Source: Paraspadella gotoi
Lineage: Eukaryota; Animalia; Chaetognatha
Assembly (NCBI GenBank): GCA_051294375.1
Contig: CM119270.1
Span: 13,292,843 to 13,356,842, forward strand
Direction of reading: 5' to 3'
DNA length: 64,000 bases
A model generated the notes under the pieces. That model did not search any database. It saw only the letters and a program-made list of their open reading frames with translations, and was not told the origin of the DNA. Positions 12,545-30,413 of this stretch are shown here, piece by piece. Both the position numbers and the translations under genes were made by a program. Position 1 is the first letter of the stretch. Each line of letters starts with the position of its first letter.

Positions 12545-12600
12545 AAGAAGAAGAAGAAAGAAAAGAAAAAGAAAGAAAGAAAGAAAGAAAGAAAGAAGAA
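10902..12600. repeat. Redundant copies: 10902-11440 is the reverse complement of ~9848-10366; 11441-12600 is a direct copy of ~9703-10876
   Basis: ATGTTCCAGGGATGTGAGCGCTCCC at 9781 and 11519; GATTTTCCAGTCGCAAAA at 11410 reverse-complements TTTTGCGACTGGAAAATC at ~9862. Differences are mostly 1-nt indels. Confidence 0.95.
12351..12460 (+). CDS. Candidate exon (second copy at ~10611-10719) preceding the exons above in the reconstructed order
   Basis: Long polypyrimidine tract plus TTGCAG| acceptor; complex sequence between simple repeats; ends ...PVGE|GT in phase 0 in both copies. The internal frame is ambiguous because the copies differ by indels. Confidence 0.3.
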
Positions 12601-15561
12601 AGAAAGAAAGAAAGAAAGACAGAAAGAAAACATTGAGAGGAGAGAGAGAGAAGACAGAGCAGAGAGAATAAAAAGAAACGAACGAGACAATGAGAGATTT
12701 CCTCAAAGACGCGGCGGGTACAGAACTGTTTTGAGAAAAGTGTAAAATTGTAAAAGAGGTTGGATTCAACATTGTTATTTACGAATCCGTCTTCTGCAAT
12801 GGGTAAGCGTAACGAAGAGGAGGGTGAGGAGGAGGGAAGAGGAAGAAGAGTGATTATATTGTATTCGGACGGAAGAGACTAAATTCGACGAAATGGTCCA
12901 TGATTCGTAAAGGGGGCGGGGGGAGAGGCGACGCTAAGTGGGACGGGGGTATAGAGATGAGTGAGAGTAAAGGGGGGGGTGGAAAGAAAGAGAGAGAGTG
13001 AGGAAGTCGGAGGAGGGGGGGGGAAAGGATAGAACGAGGGTCGGGGGGGGTGGAGGGAGAGGCAGACCGTGGGCCCAGTTTAAGTCGCTGTCTTGGTGCG
13101 AATGGCTTCGACCCGGAATCTCGACCGTCCCGTCGTCGTCGTCGGTCGTCATTTGTCGCCAAAGTCGGCTTTCACGTCTTTCTTTTTTTCTTTTTTCTCG
13201 TTTTATTCAGCGCATTTTATTTGTTTCTATTTGGTTCTTAAGCGTGATTCTTTTATTTAACGGCCTTCGTTTCTTTTCCGATGGAATAGTCTTACAATTT
13301 AATTTGAATCATAAACGTATAAATGAATCAAGAGAAAGAGATTGCGTGATAAAACGAAATGATTTGATCTTTCTACGCAGTTGATTAGATTCTTGGAAAA
13401 TAAAAACTTTTTTTTCAACGAGCGCTGATGGCAAGGGGTGCGGCGAAGGAAAAAAAACGGCAAATTGCTGATGGAACATGGCATGGCCAATGGAGCCTTC
13501 TTATAGCATTTGAAAAGATGGCGCGATTCGATGCAATGACAGCGGCAACGGCCATTGGCCGACGTCAATTACCGGAACACAATCTGTTCATCTCCAAGTT
13601 CCGTAATCCGACCGCACGTCGGATTCTTTCCATTCGAAAATCATAAACAAAAATGCTAGGGGTCCGTTCCCCCCCAGCTACTTTTTTTAATATTTTTTTT
13701 TTTTAATAAACGAAAATGAAGTTTCACCCAAAATTGAGTGATACAAAAATTTTAAAATGAATCTTAGGAAAAAAATATTTGAATAAAAAATACATTGCAA
13801 AGTGTTGAAGGTTTTATCAAAAACATAAATACACATTTTATGACATTTTAAATCGATTTTGCGTCCAATACGAGTCATACGTCGTCGTCTTATAATTTTT
13901 GATCTTTGTGTTTTATTTGTTGCTTTGTCGTCGTCTGCTGTTGTCGTCCACGTTGACTCGTTATGTCGTCGTCGACTTCGTCTTCATTGTCGTTGTCACC
14001 CTCGTCGTCGTCGTTATTGCAGATGTTAATTCCACGCGACCAAAATAGAGCGAAAAAAAAATAGCAAAGAAAATCCATCCAGGCAAAAAGTATTATCACT
14101 TTTTGTGGATGATACTGCTTAAAAACTTGTTTAATATTTAAAAAAAATCTTTTTTAGCTCAAATCATTTAAAGTGTTATAGGAAAAAAGAATACTACCTT
14201 AATATAAAAAAATGGTCTTTCCACATTCTTAGTAATTATTAAATGATTTATTTTATTTTTAAATTAATTATTTTTTTTTAATTCTTTGTTATTGGCTATG
14301 CCAGGTATACACCTCTCTTTGTTTATAAGTGCTAATATAGATCTTATAATAGAAGAAAAGACTCAACAATTATCAGCATATAGACTAAACTTAATCATTC
14401 CACCGCTATAAAAATTTTTACTGCCGAAATAACAAATAAAATTATTTATCGTGACCTTCCCTTTAGAAGACAAAAAAGAGGTATGCCGAGGAGAGTATAC
14501 CGAAATATTGAGCATATTTTTACCCATATTTTATATATTTTTATTAGTAAAATTAACTTTTAACAATTATGTGATATAACTCTATTGCTAGATGGTATCC
14601 TTCTTCTTTTCTCCTTTACGGAAATGGCTGACGTTCATCCGAGGTCATTTTTGCCGCTCATTCGCGGTCATTTTTTGGGAGAAGAGGTTCATTTTTGGAG
14701 GGTCGTGACTTGTGGCAATTTGGATGCGCCTTTTTGCCGCGCGGTCGTTTAGAAAGGGAAGAGCTTAAGATTAAAAAGAGGAGGGAATTTCTGTATTGGC
14801 GTGTTAACTCGTCGTCGTCATCGTCGTCGTCGTCTATCGTCGTCAGGTGCGGACATCGGTGAACGTTAAGAGTCATAATGGTTGTCATTTTACTTCTTTA
14901 TCGTCTTTTTTCATATCAAAGTCTAAATAAAAATAAAAGAAAAATCTTTCGCGACGGCGTTCTCCTGCTAAAAGGATAGAATTTGCGTCATTCAAATTAG
15001 CCGTAACTGCCGATAACCGCAGGCAATGGCAAAAGAGCAGTAAGAGCAGTGAGAACCGCGGAGAGTTTCAGCATCGACAAACATGCAGCTGCCGCGGTCG
15101 CACGGCCTCCTCGCGTCTCGACATTGACGGACGAAGAAAAGAGGCGAAAAATGCGGTTTTTGACCGTCGGTGGGAGGGCGGAGGGGGGGGAAAGCGCATT
15201 CGGTCACGTTTGAATCGTCGTCGTCATCGTCGTTCTCGATCGTCGGGTGTCAACGTCGTCGTCGGCTCTTCGTTCCTTCACGGTGACTTCTATTGATCTA
15301 AAGTTATGTTTTATTTGATTTATATGTTTTCAACAAGACCGTTTTTTGAACATAGTAACTTGAACGATGATATCATCATTGGCAAATAACGTTTAACTTT
15401 AAACTTTAAATTTAAAAAGCCGCGTGCACTGTCCACAGTGCCCAAGTCCTAATACCCTCCCCGCTCCTCTCCTTCCAACTCCTTCACTCAGCTACTTTTC
15501 AGCTCTTTTTCTGGTGGAGTTTTTTCTTTGGCAGACTTAACGCATTAAGGACGACGACGAC

Positions 15562-15594
<33 letters not shown>

Positions 15595-15895
15595 TACAAC
15601 TAAAACGGAAGCAAGCGTCGAATTTTAACAAGCACAGCAGAACCCACGAAACATACCCTCCACGGCGACGAGAAATTTTTAAAGCCGATATTTTTTTGCC
15701 ATTTTAATATTTCATATAATATTCATATTCTAATTAATATTCTTTAATATTCATTAATATTCAACTGATACATTCACGCGAAATAATTTTTTTTTTCGAG
15801 AAAACTAGAGGAAGATTTAAATTTATTGAGACCCTGAGATTAAGCTTCTTAATTTATGTAAAGATTTTAAAGATATTAAGATTTGTCGAAAATAG
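12601..15895 (-). repeat. Inverted duplicate of ~398-3680
   Basis: Colinear reverse-complement match throughout; ORF 2190..2375(+) and ORF 13890..14099(-) share FFFALFWSRGINICNNDDDEGDNDNEDEVDDD. Confidence 0.95.
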
Positions 15896-15920
15896 NNNNN
15901 NNNNNNNNNNNNNNNNNNNN

Positions 15921-16939
15921 GAGAGAGAGAGAGAGAGAGTATTTTATTGGCGGCAGGTGTTGGGGCTTTTTAGTTTAAAATCTTTCCAATGAAATTTTCA
16001 AAATGTAATTATGAGCGAATTTTGTTTTCGCTCAGAGTTTTTCTCTCTCAATTTTCGATCAACATTTTCCTCTTCTTTCTCTCTCGACTTCTTAGACTTT
16101 TTCCTCTTTTAGCAATATTAATTTTTAACTTTCTTGATAATCTTTCTTTATACATACAATGATACATACCCTTTAATCATTCTTCGTCAGAAACCTATCC
16201 CTTCATTTGCTTTCTACTCCAATATTTTCTTTATTTTTTTCTTTTATTTTTTGTCTTTTCTTCCTTTTCTTTTCTTACTTCTCTTTTCTTTTCTTTTTCC
16301 ATTTTTTATTTTCTTTTTTTTTCTTACTTTTCTTTTCTCTTTTTTTGAAATTTTAATGATTTGTCTATGAAAATAAACAAAAATAATCAAATTTATTGAA
16401 TGATGACAAAGATGATTTTTTAAGGTTATTTCAAATTTTAACCCATTTATCATTAAATTTTTTAAAATTTGTAATACTAACCTTTATTTCACTTTTATCA
16501 GAATCAATTTTTAAAAATTTAAATTTCCAAAGAAATTTTTAAAAATTTTTTTATATATTATTAACTATTAAAATGTTTCCATGCATTAGGAAAATGATTT
16601 TAATCAAAATCTAACATCATAAGTCAATTTGGTTGTAAAAGGACAAAATATTTTTATTGCAGACTGTTTCATATTGTAAAAAATGTTAAATTATGGCCCG
16701 CTTAATAAGCAATTAAGCCAGAGAGAGTGACTGTTTCATTATTTTAGTAATTGGTGTTATTCTCCATAATGAATTTTGAGCCTCCAGTTTTTATCAATAA
16801 AAAAAAATAAATAAAAGTCAGTTTTCATAAGACTTGTTTGGAGTAATAATGATTTGTAAACAAATGTAAGTACACTTTTCCAGTTGCGATGAATTGAGTA
16901 GAGGAGGAAAGAGGGAAGGAGGTACTCTCTCTCTCTCTA

Positions 16940-16970
<31 letters not shown>

Positions 16971-17323
16971 GCGTGTGTGTGTAGTAAGTGATATTTTTAA
17001 CAATTAACTCACATTAAAAACGGTAACACAGCTTCATCTGTTTCTAAGCAAAAGTGAAATTAATTTCCAAATTGTTTTGAACTAATAATTAATTAATTAT
17101 AAATGTGTGTACTTTATTCATAATACAGAAAGGAACGAGAGTAAAAAAAATAATGATCGGGGAAAGAAAAAAAGGAAAGAAAAATAGAAAGGGAAAATAA
17201 GACAGTTCCACCATAAAACTCATTTTTTCATCTTTTTTTTAAATTCCAGTTTTTCTGGTTCAGTTACTCGTGATTTAGAATTATAAAAAGGTTCCCCCTC
17301 GCATCTCTGCCGTGGGGTTAATA
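15921..17323 (-). repeat. Inverted duplicate of 8340-9722 (partial copies also at 19321-20323 and ~29352-30388)
   Basis: GCATCTCTGCCGTGGGGTTAATA (17301-17323) reverse-complements TATTAACCCCACGGCAGAGATGC (8340-8362); colinear up to the (CT)n tract at 9703. Confidence 0.95.
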
Positions 17324-17394
17324 GAAAGGGTAGGTGCTAATTTAAGAAATGACTTTCCCGGAATCGCTGCATCTATCAATCATCCTTTATGATG

Positions 17395-19225
<1,831 letters not shown>

Positions 19226-19250
19226 AGAGAGAGAGAGAGAAGAGAGAGAG

Positions 19251-19318
<68 letters not shown>

Positions 19319-21083
19319 AGAGTATTTTATGGCGCAGCGTGTTGGGGCTTTTTTGTTTAAAATCTTCCAATTAAATTTCAAAATTGTAATTATGAGCGAA
19401 TTTGTTTTGCTTCAGAGTTTTTCTCTCTCAATTCTCGTCAAATTTCCTCTTTCTTTCTCTCTCCGACTTCTAGAACTTTCTTCTCTTTTAGCAATATAAT
19501 TTTAACATTTCTTGAAATCTTCTCTTTATATCATTACAATGATACAACCTTAATCATCTTCGTCAGAAACCTTCCCTTCATTTGACTTTTCTACTCCAAT
19601 AGTTTCTTTCATTTTTCTTTTATTTTTGTCTTTTCTTCTTTCTTTGCTTCTTCTCTTTTCTTTTCTTTTCATTTTTATTTCTTTTTTTCTACTTTTCTTT
19701 CTCTTTTTTTGAAATTTTAATGATTGTCTATGAAAATAACAAAAATAATCAAATTTATGAATGATGACAAAGATGATTTTTTTAAGGCTTATTTTCAATT
19801 TTAACCCATTTATCATTAAATTTTTTTAAATTTGTAATACTAACCCTTATTTCACTTTATCAGAATCAATTTTTAAAAATTTTAATTTCCAAAGAAATTT
19901 TTAAAAAATTTTTTTATATATTATAACTATTAAAAGTGTTTCATGCATTTAGGAAAATGATTTTTTAATCAAAATCTAACATCAAAGTCAATTTGGTATG
20001 TAAAAAGGATCAAAATATTTTTATTCAGACTGTTTCATATTTGTTAAAAAATGTTTTTTAAATTATGGCCCGCCTTAATAAGCAATTAAGCCAGTGACAG
20101 TACTGTTTCATTATTTTAGAATTGTGTGTTAGTTCTCCATAATGAATTTGAGACCTCCAGTTTTTATCAATAAAAAAAAATTAAATAAAGTCAGTTTCAT
20201 AAGACTTGTTTGGAGTATAATAATGATTTGTAACAAATAGAGTACAACTTTTCCAGCTTGCGATGAATTGAGTAGAGAGGAAAGAGGAAGAGGTACTCTC
20301 TCTTCTCTCTATCTTCTCTCTCCNNNNNNNNNNNNNNNNNNNNNNNNNTTTTCTTCTTCGTCGCCTCGTTTTTCGTCGCATCGTCTCTTCTGTCGCTGCG
20401 TCTTAGTCTGGGTCGTTGTTCCCCAAGACGTCATCCGTTGTTATCGTTGTCGAAACGTCGGGAGTTTTCGTCCTCGTCACCGCCCACGACGCCGTCGTCG
20501 CGTCGTCGTCGTCGTCGTCGTCGTCGCTCAGCTTCCTGTCGTGTCTCTTTATTCTAATTAGCCTCACTTGTCGTTCCTCTCGTGCCTCGTATCTTACTTG
20601 TCTCCTTTTCTTCCTACCTATTTTTTTTTGGCTTGTATATTCTATCTTTTTTTTTTTTCTCCGTTTCCTCTCTTTCAATTAGTCTGTCTCTTTCTTTAAT
20701 TTTTCTCGATCCTCGATCTTTCACCACCTCCTCCTCGAATCTATCACTCATCCATCTCTCCCCCTTCTCCTTTCCTCCTTTCTTTCTTTCCCTTTCTCCC
20801 CTCGAACCAGGAGCCGCTTCCAGGTTTTCCTGCGTTCGCGACTAATTATCATAAAATCGTTTTGTTTTTCTCGGTTGCTCCACTCCTGTCAACACTCGCC
20901 CTTCTCTCTACTCCTGTTAAACACTGTCGTTACTCTTCCTCACTCCAGTCAACACACTTTTCTCTTCTTCTCTCTTTAACTGCACCCTTCTGCATCCACT
21001 CTCCTTTCGATTGGTCACCTCTTTCGCCACTTCTTCTTTTCTTTCATTTATTATTTCTTTCTTTCATTTATTATTTCTTTCAT

Positions 21084-21123
<40 letters not shown>

Positions 21124-21304
21124 TTCTTTCTTTCTTTCTTTCTTTTTTCATTTATTATTTCTTTCTTCATTTATTATTCTTTCTTAGATTGTTATTGTTT
21201 GCCAATACAACGATTTTTATTGTCATAGTACATGTTTCGACTCTGTTGATTCGAGTCTTCATCAGCTTTTGAAAACATTATCAAAAATGCTCTACACATT
21301 AAGT

Positions 21305-21341
<37 letters not shown>

Positions 21342-21344
21342 AAG

Positions 21345-21425
<81 letters not shown>

Positions 21426-21527
21426 AGGGAGAGTTTCCAACAAAGGGCTGAAGTAAAGGACAGTGCCAGATGAGAGGACAGGTGAAGGTAAGAACAGAGA
21501 AGAAGATAATTTTGAAAGGTGAAAAGT

Positions 21528-21569
<42 letters not shown>

Positions 21570-21848
21570 ATTACATTTCTTTCTTCTTTCTCTCTTTTTC
21601 CGCCAAAGCCAAGGTCGCTCCCATCGATTGGCCTTTCGCCTTCTCCTCTTTCCCTCTTCGCTCTCCTCCCTCTCACCCAGTTCTGACCCAGTCCTCCGCC
21701 CCCCCCCGCCCCCCCCCCTCCTCAGCGCCAATCTCAATTGCGTCTGCACAAGAGTCAGCGATGCGCTCGTTATATCCGGGACTCGATTCTGCCCGCCGAC
21801 GGAACCATGTCATCTCCGAAGCGTGAGATCGTCACCACCGGCTCATCG

Positions 21849-21899
<51 letters not shown>

Positions 21900-23160
21900 T
21901 CTCTCTCCACTCTCTCTCTCTCTCACTGACTTCCCTTCCCAAATTGAATTATTAGATAAATAAAAATTTTTAAAAAGAAAAGCAATATATATTTGTTTAA
22001 ATAAATATAGATTAAATACTAAATCCTTCATAAAATATAAAAATAGAAAATGTGAAACAAGTAATTTGCAAATTTCATACAAAGAACCGATGGAGGCATT
22101 TAAAAAAAAACAAACCCGGATGTGGTTAATTTAAAAAAAAATAAACCCGGATATCTGAAATTTTTAAGAAAAACCCGGATGCAATCAATTACACTGACGA
22201 GTTCGTCGCTTCAGTCGCTCCGACGTCAATTCTCTCTCCCTCGCCTCCCCCCCCCCCAAACGAGGAAGGATTCCGAAAACTGTCAGTTCATAAGAGCCGA
22301 TATCTCCTTCCTCTCTTCATCCTCCCTCCTCCTCCTCCTCCCTCCTAAATCCTTCCACGAGGAGAAGTCCCTTTCGGACCCAAGTCGAGACAGAGCGGTC
22401 ATTGACTACCCCGCAGTGGAGCGATCGTTGTTGGGAAATAAACTATGGACCGAAAAGATGATTTTAGTGCCGGTTTTAGAGAGAGAGAGAGAAGAGAAGA
22501 ACGATAGAGAGATAGAGAGAGAGAGAGATTGATTTATTTTGATTTGATTTAATTATGCTCAAAATGTGAAAGTTTAACACAGTAACAATGCGATTGTTAA
22601 AGAGCTGTACATAACTAATATATTAAATATGTATTAGATATGTGGATTTGATCCGGTTTCTTCGCTTTCCAAGTGACGGAGTTGGGCAAATCGCCAAATA
22701 ATATTTCCTTAAACTAATATTACCATTTACAATAAAAATTTATTGAATCACTTAATTAAATATAGATATTCCCTTTGCATTAATTATTATAGCATGTCAT
22801 ATTGATTATGTTGAACAGAGAACATATAACTTATATTTTAATGGGTACACTAGTAGTATTTTAAATAGTTCTCATTTCTGTTATATCATTTAGTTCTTAG
22901 TTCTTCTGGTAAGAATTTGTTATCAACACTTACTGTCCATCACTACAGTTTGAATACTTATTCTAATGTTAAGCTTCATTGATTTTATGTCTTCCTTATT
23001 GATTGTTAGTATTATTTCCTTTTGTTGTTTGTGGAATATAGATACTCTATGGATTCTATGGAATATCTATATGCTTTGATTATTTTATTAAGGTCGATTT
23101 TATAAATGAAACAAAATAAATGATTTTGTTCTTAGGAAAACATTTTTATCTTTGAACGAA

Positions 23161-23299
23161 CTAGTGAGGCGCAGACGCCACGTGGTGGTCGTTCCCACAG
23201 AGATACTCATTATTTAAAGAAATGTAAATAAATTCGCAAAAAATTACAAGGTAGACTAACTATATACATAGTTTAAAATTTTTAGTGTTAACACATAGA
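23161..23299 (-). mobile_element. Putative ~140-bp non-autonomous Helitron (cleanest copy 35930-36068 plus strand)
   Basis: A|TCTATGTGTTAACAC ... hairpin GTGGTG-aacgac-CACCAC, 16 nt, CTAG|T. This fits the 5'-TC, 3'-CTRR, subterminal hairpin and A|T target of Helitrons. Confidence 0.45.
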
Positions 23300-23337
23300 T
23301 CCCGTTTCTTTTTAACATTCACACTCTCTCTATACGA

Positions 23338-23423
<86 letters not shown>

Positions 23424-23469
23424 AAGAGAAGAGAGTTTAAAGAAAGAGATAAGAAAAGAGATAAAGAAA

Positions 23470-23880
23470 GTTTACTTCCGGCGTCCCTAGATGCCAGACC
23501 ACGCCCACAATCGACCTGCTCACGCTTCTCACATCCGCCTTCACTTCCGGTCTCGAATCCACGCCAACGCGCCATTCTCGTGCCACAGCGCGCCGCCAAA
23601 AAAGGAAACAACAAGAACCACCAACAACGAAACCGCGCGCGCGCCATTTCTTTCTTTTTTTTCTTTTCGTCAAAAAAAAGAAAGAAAACTTTTTCGCGTC
23701 AAACGTCCCAAAGACGCCGCGGGTCGCATTGCGCCCCAGCAGCGGCGCCGTCGGGTTGGCAGCGGCGCCGTCGGGGTGGCAGCGGCGCCGGCGAAGAGCG
23801 AATCCCGTTGAGGCCGACTGCATCGCGCTGAGCGTCAAGATGAATCTAGTATTTCGCCCCCGCGTACGCGCGCGTAAGTA
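23470..23880 (+). promoter_or_regulatory. CpG-rich promoter-like region with a candidate first exon
   Basis: ETS ACTTCCGG at 23474 and 23543, KLF/Sp CCACGCCCAC at 23499, YY1-like CGCCATT twice, E2F-like TTTTCGCG at 23691. ATG at 23840 (MNLVFPPPRTRA in the cleaner copy) followed by GTAAGT at 23874. Confidence 0.5.
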
Positions 23881-24082
23881 TCCTTGCAAGCGTCGCCCTC
23901 GTTCGGACGCCTCCGCTCAGAGTACGTACGAAAAAAGAAACGGACGTATGAGAGAGGTCGTAAGTTTTCTTAAGGTTGGAGTGGAAAATGTAAGGGACGA
24001 TGTCTTTTCTGGTATTTCCTTTGGTTCCATTTAGCGCTCCGCTCCACGTTAACCCTCGCGCGCTTGTCTCTTCTTTCCAATC

Positions 24083-24126
<44 letters not shown>

Positions 24127-24203
24127 GTCTCCCCTTCTACCCATCCCCTTTTCCCCAACTCCCCCCCCCAAATGCGCTTCCCCAGGGCCGCAAAAGTCCT
24201 TAA

Positions 24204-25073
24204 GGGGACCCAGTGATAAAAATGATATCATAAGCTTAAAGGGTCTATCATCAAAGAATTTGAATGGTGATAGTCATTATATTTTTCTTTGCATGGGAAA
24301 GTGGGCAAAAAAAATTATTATCTTTATGTAGCGGAAAAGAAAATTTAAATTTGAAAAAAAAATTTAGTTGACCTCTCCTAAATATTTATATAATCCATTA
24401 TTTTATTTTTGTATAGAAAATATTTTTACTAAATTCCATATTTTTATTTGTTATGTAAAGCTACAATTTTAGTGTTAAGCCTATTGAACAAAGCTTTACA
24501 AGGACTAATATTTTTATATTTTTTATATTTACTTAAAAGCAGACAAATCAAACCTAAATTCTAATTCTTACAGAAACAAAACGTAATAATTATTAATTAA
24601 TATTTATATTCATCCCTTAATGTATTATTAAACTTTATTGGATTCTTAATTATAACAATTTAAAAATTTTAGCAAAAGTAGCAGAATCTTTCTCTTTTTT
24701 TTTAATATTTATATTAACTTCAAAAAGTTTTATTTTCCTCCAATATAACAGAATCATTTGAAAAGAAAGTTTAAATAATATCAGTCGATACCCTTAAATT
24801 TGATTCAATTCCTAGTTTTTTTTCTTAATAAATTTTTGTAAAAAGCTGAAAACCTTTTAAAAATTAGATTTACTCTTTTTGGAAAAAAATTTAACTTGAA
24901 AAAGATTTTCTCTTACCATTTTTTAAAGAAAATTAAGCTCGCTGATTTTTATCGATTTTTTAACTACTTTCCCAAAGATTGATAGAAAAAAATTATAATG
25001 ATCAGAACCAGCTTAGTTAAAGGGTCAAACGTTATGTATCACTTTTTACCGCCCCCTGTTCACATTGGTCCCC
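24204..25073. mobile_element. Kolobok-like non-autonomous TIR element (MITE), 870 bp; redundant copies 32133-33005 and 40345-41239
   Basis: TTAA|GGGGACCCAGTG ... CAC(A)TTGGTCCCC|TTAA: ~12-bp TIR, TTAA target duplication, purine (GG) termini unlike piggyBac CCY, AT-rich non-coding interior. Confidence 0.75.
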
Positions 25074-25371
25074 TTAAGCGGCTCCCATTGGTTTTTTATT
25101 TTCTCGAGCTGAAAAGTTCATCAAAGATCGACTCGGAGTTTCGACCTGCAAAACTTTTTCCCCCCGTTACTCACCATTTTTACTTTTCGTGGTCTGCTCG
25201 TGGAGTCCACATCCCTCGATTTTCACGTAATGGCCTCGCGTGTAAATTGCCTTCGAGAGAAGATTGTAAGTCCGGGAGACCAGACGATCCTACCTCCCCC
25301 CATGCGAACGCGAAGCTTTACCGGAGGCAGCGCGCGATCTCGGGATGCGCGATTTTTTTGAACCCATTAAG

Positions 25372-26752
25372 TAGGAAGCCGCTATAGAAAGAAGCCAGTG
25401 ACTTTTTTCTTATATTTTTATATCGATAGATGTGGAATGACGGAATATTGTAAATCTCAAGTTTCGCTTTAATCGACCTCACATGCGTGGAGAAATCTTA
25501 GGAAACCCATCAAAATTCCACCCCTTTTTTTCAAATTCTCGCCTTTAGATTTTCGCCGAATTCTACTTCCTCTTACAAACTTATAATCCGCAAGTTAATT
25601 TTTTTTCTTAAACGAGCGAGGGAATCCATAACTTTCTGTTATTTTAGATTTCTGCGTAAAAAAATATAATGAATAAATAACATTGGGATATTATGAAAGT
25701 AAAATGTCTTGTGAGCCTGTGAGAGTTAAATAATTAAAAGATTCGCCTATTTTATTATTGAAAAATGACATTAAAGTGAAGTAGTTGAACGTCTTCCAGC
25801 TCATTTCAGTAAACATCCCTGTTCTCTACATACAAATAATGGTTTACTTTTTGCTGGTGGAAAAGAAGATAAATAGTTAGGCTGGATGGGGTGAATAATA
25901 TTTGTAGAATTTTGTAAGCATGCTTGTATATCAGTGAAGCAAATATTTAAGTTGAAAAAAAAATTATATTTTCTTTATCAATAAACTTTAAAGTTTTACT
26001 ATAGACAATTTAGCCTTTTTCTTTTCAGATCACTAAAAAGAATTTAATTTTCATTTATTTTTTATGGGGCTTTCATTAGTTTTTAATTCATTATAATTTT
26101 GACTTAGTTGACACTCACCTGTAAGAGGTTTCAGCAAAATAAATCTAATATTGTAACTTGTAGTGCCTAATGATTATGGCTTCATTTGGTACTATTGCCA
26201 TCCCTGTATTCTTTGTTTTCCTTCAAGAGATATCAGGAAAAAATCAGTTTTTCTCTCAACCTTTCCTATTAATTTCTTATTAATAAAAATTCATGTTGTC
26301 AACCAGACCAATGGACTTTACAATGTGGTTTACTATGAAGAGTTGGTCAATAATGAAAAGAAAATTTGGCAAGCTTTTGAGCAAGAGGCTTTTAAATCTC
26401 AAAATTCGAAGTAATAATTTTATAATGTAACATACCTAGCCCCGTTTACAATTTTGAAAATGCAAAAATTTTCCCTTTCATTCTATAGTAAAAACAAGGT
26501 TTTGAAAATTCTCCGGAGATGACTAAGTGCATTTCCCCTGGCTTGTTGATATTAAATCCTTATCAATGCCATAAGACGAATTTGGCTAGCTCTTAAGATA
26601 TACACGCTATCGGAATCGTGTGTTTTACAACTGTTTTTTACCCGATTTCTGGCAATCTCGTTTGCAATTTGGGTAGTCAGATTTTACGGAAATCTTATTA
26701 GAAAAATGTTGAATTTTTTTTTTTTTTAAGCGAGATTCTCGTCTACATTAAG
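25372..26752. mobile_element. 1381-bp presence/absence insertion flanked by a direct repeat; unclassified
   Basis: CATTAAG at 25365-25371 and 26746-26752; the empty site with a single CATTAAG is at ~31152-31158 (minus strand). An alternative parse is an ATTAA duplication with GTAG...CTAC termini. Confidence 0.65.
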
Positions 26753-27339
26753 GTTTTTTTTCGATCGCGGATCAAATTTCCCCGTAACGACGGAGATATT
26801 TTCAGATTTCATTTTTCTTTTTCTCTTCCCTTCGTTATTTGTTGTTATTCGCGTAACAAAAAAGATGGCGCTTTGGATCCTCGTCCGTCTTCATCATTTT
26901 CTCAACGTTGCGATCAAATGGCGACATTCGTTAAACCTTTAAAACCCATAACGCTTTACATAATCACAATACTAACGGTAACCAAAGTGAAACCATCCCC
27001 TTACTCATATCTCGATCCGTTTCGATGGCGATGAATAGAGGAATGACGAAGAGACGAAATTGTCGCCCTTTGGCCTCTTAGAGGGCGGGGACGCGAGCCG
27101 ATTCGCCGATTATGAATTAAAGAGTTCGACCCCCGACATCCATTCATCACAACACGTCGTCGATTCGTTCGTTCATTCGAAGGCCCAATCTATTAATCCT
27201 GCCCAGAACATTCTTTTCTGTCAGAGGCATTCTATTTATTTCTTCATTCGTCGATTGATTCCTCATCAATCATTGGTTTTAAATTAATCCATCTATCCGT
27301 CCATAATCCATCAATGCATTCATTCATACATAGAATGAT

Positions 27340-27605
27340 CAATCCATCCATCACCTCCTTCATTCATTCATCACTTCATCCATCCATCCATCTATCTATC
27401 CGGCAATCCTTCAACGGATATCCGTCCAATCATTCGATCATTTGTCCTTCCATCCATCCATTCATCCATCCATCCATCCATCCATCCATCCCATCCATCC
27501 ATCCATCCATCCATCCATCCATCCCATCCATTCCATCCATCCATCAATCCATCCATCCATCAATCCATCCTCCATCCATCCATTCATCCATCCATCCATC
27601 CCATC
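27340..27605. repeat. (ATCC)n microsatellite
   Basis: Imperfect CATC/ATCC tetranucleotide array, the source of the HPSI and MDGW pseudo-ORFs. Confidence 0.95.
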
Positions 27606-27800
27606 CGTCTGGTCATCATTCTCCGCATAGGAAGAGGTATCTTTCCATCCGTATCCTCTCTGTGAGGTCACGAGTTTCTGACCTGAGCCTCTGTGATCCT
27701 TATTTTTTCTCTCGACGAATCACCTCTTCTCATCTACCGACCTCTCACCCACAGGCCTAATCCTTGCCGACCTCGGTGAATGCGCTCTGCCTTCGAACGC

Positions 27801-30388
<2,588 letters not shown>

Positions 30389-30413
30389 NNNNNNNNNNNN
30401 NNNNNNNNNNNNN

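Noticed and set aside
24204-25073. piggyBac assignment for the TTAA elements
   Set aside because: Termini are GG.., not CCY, which fits Kolobok better.
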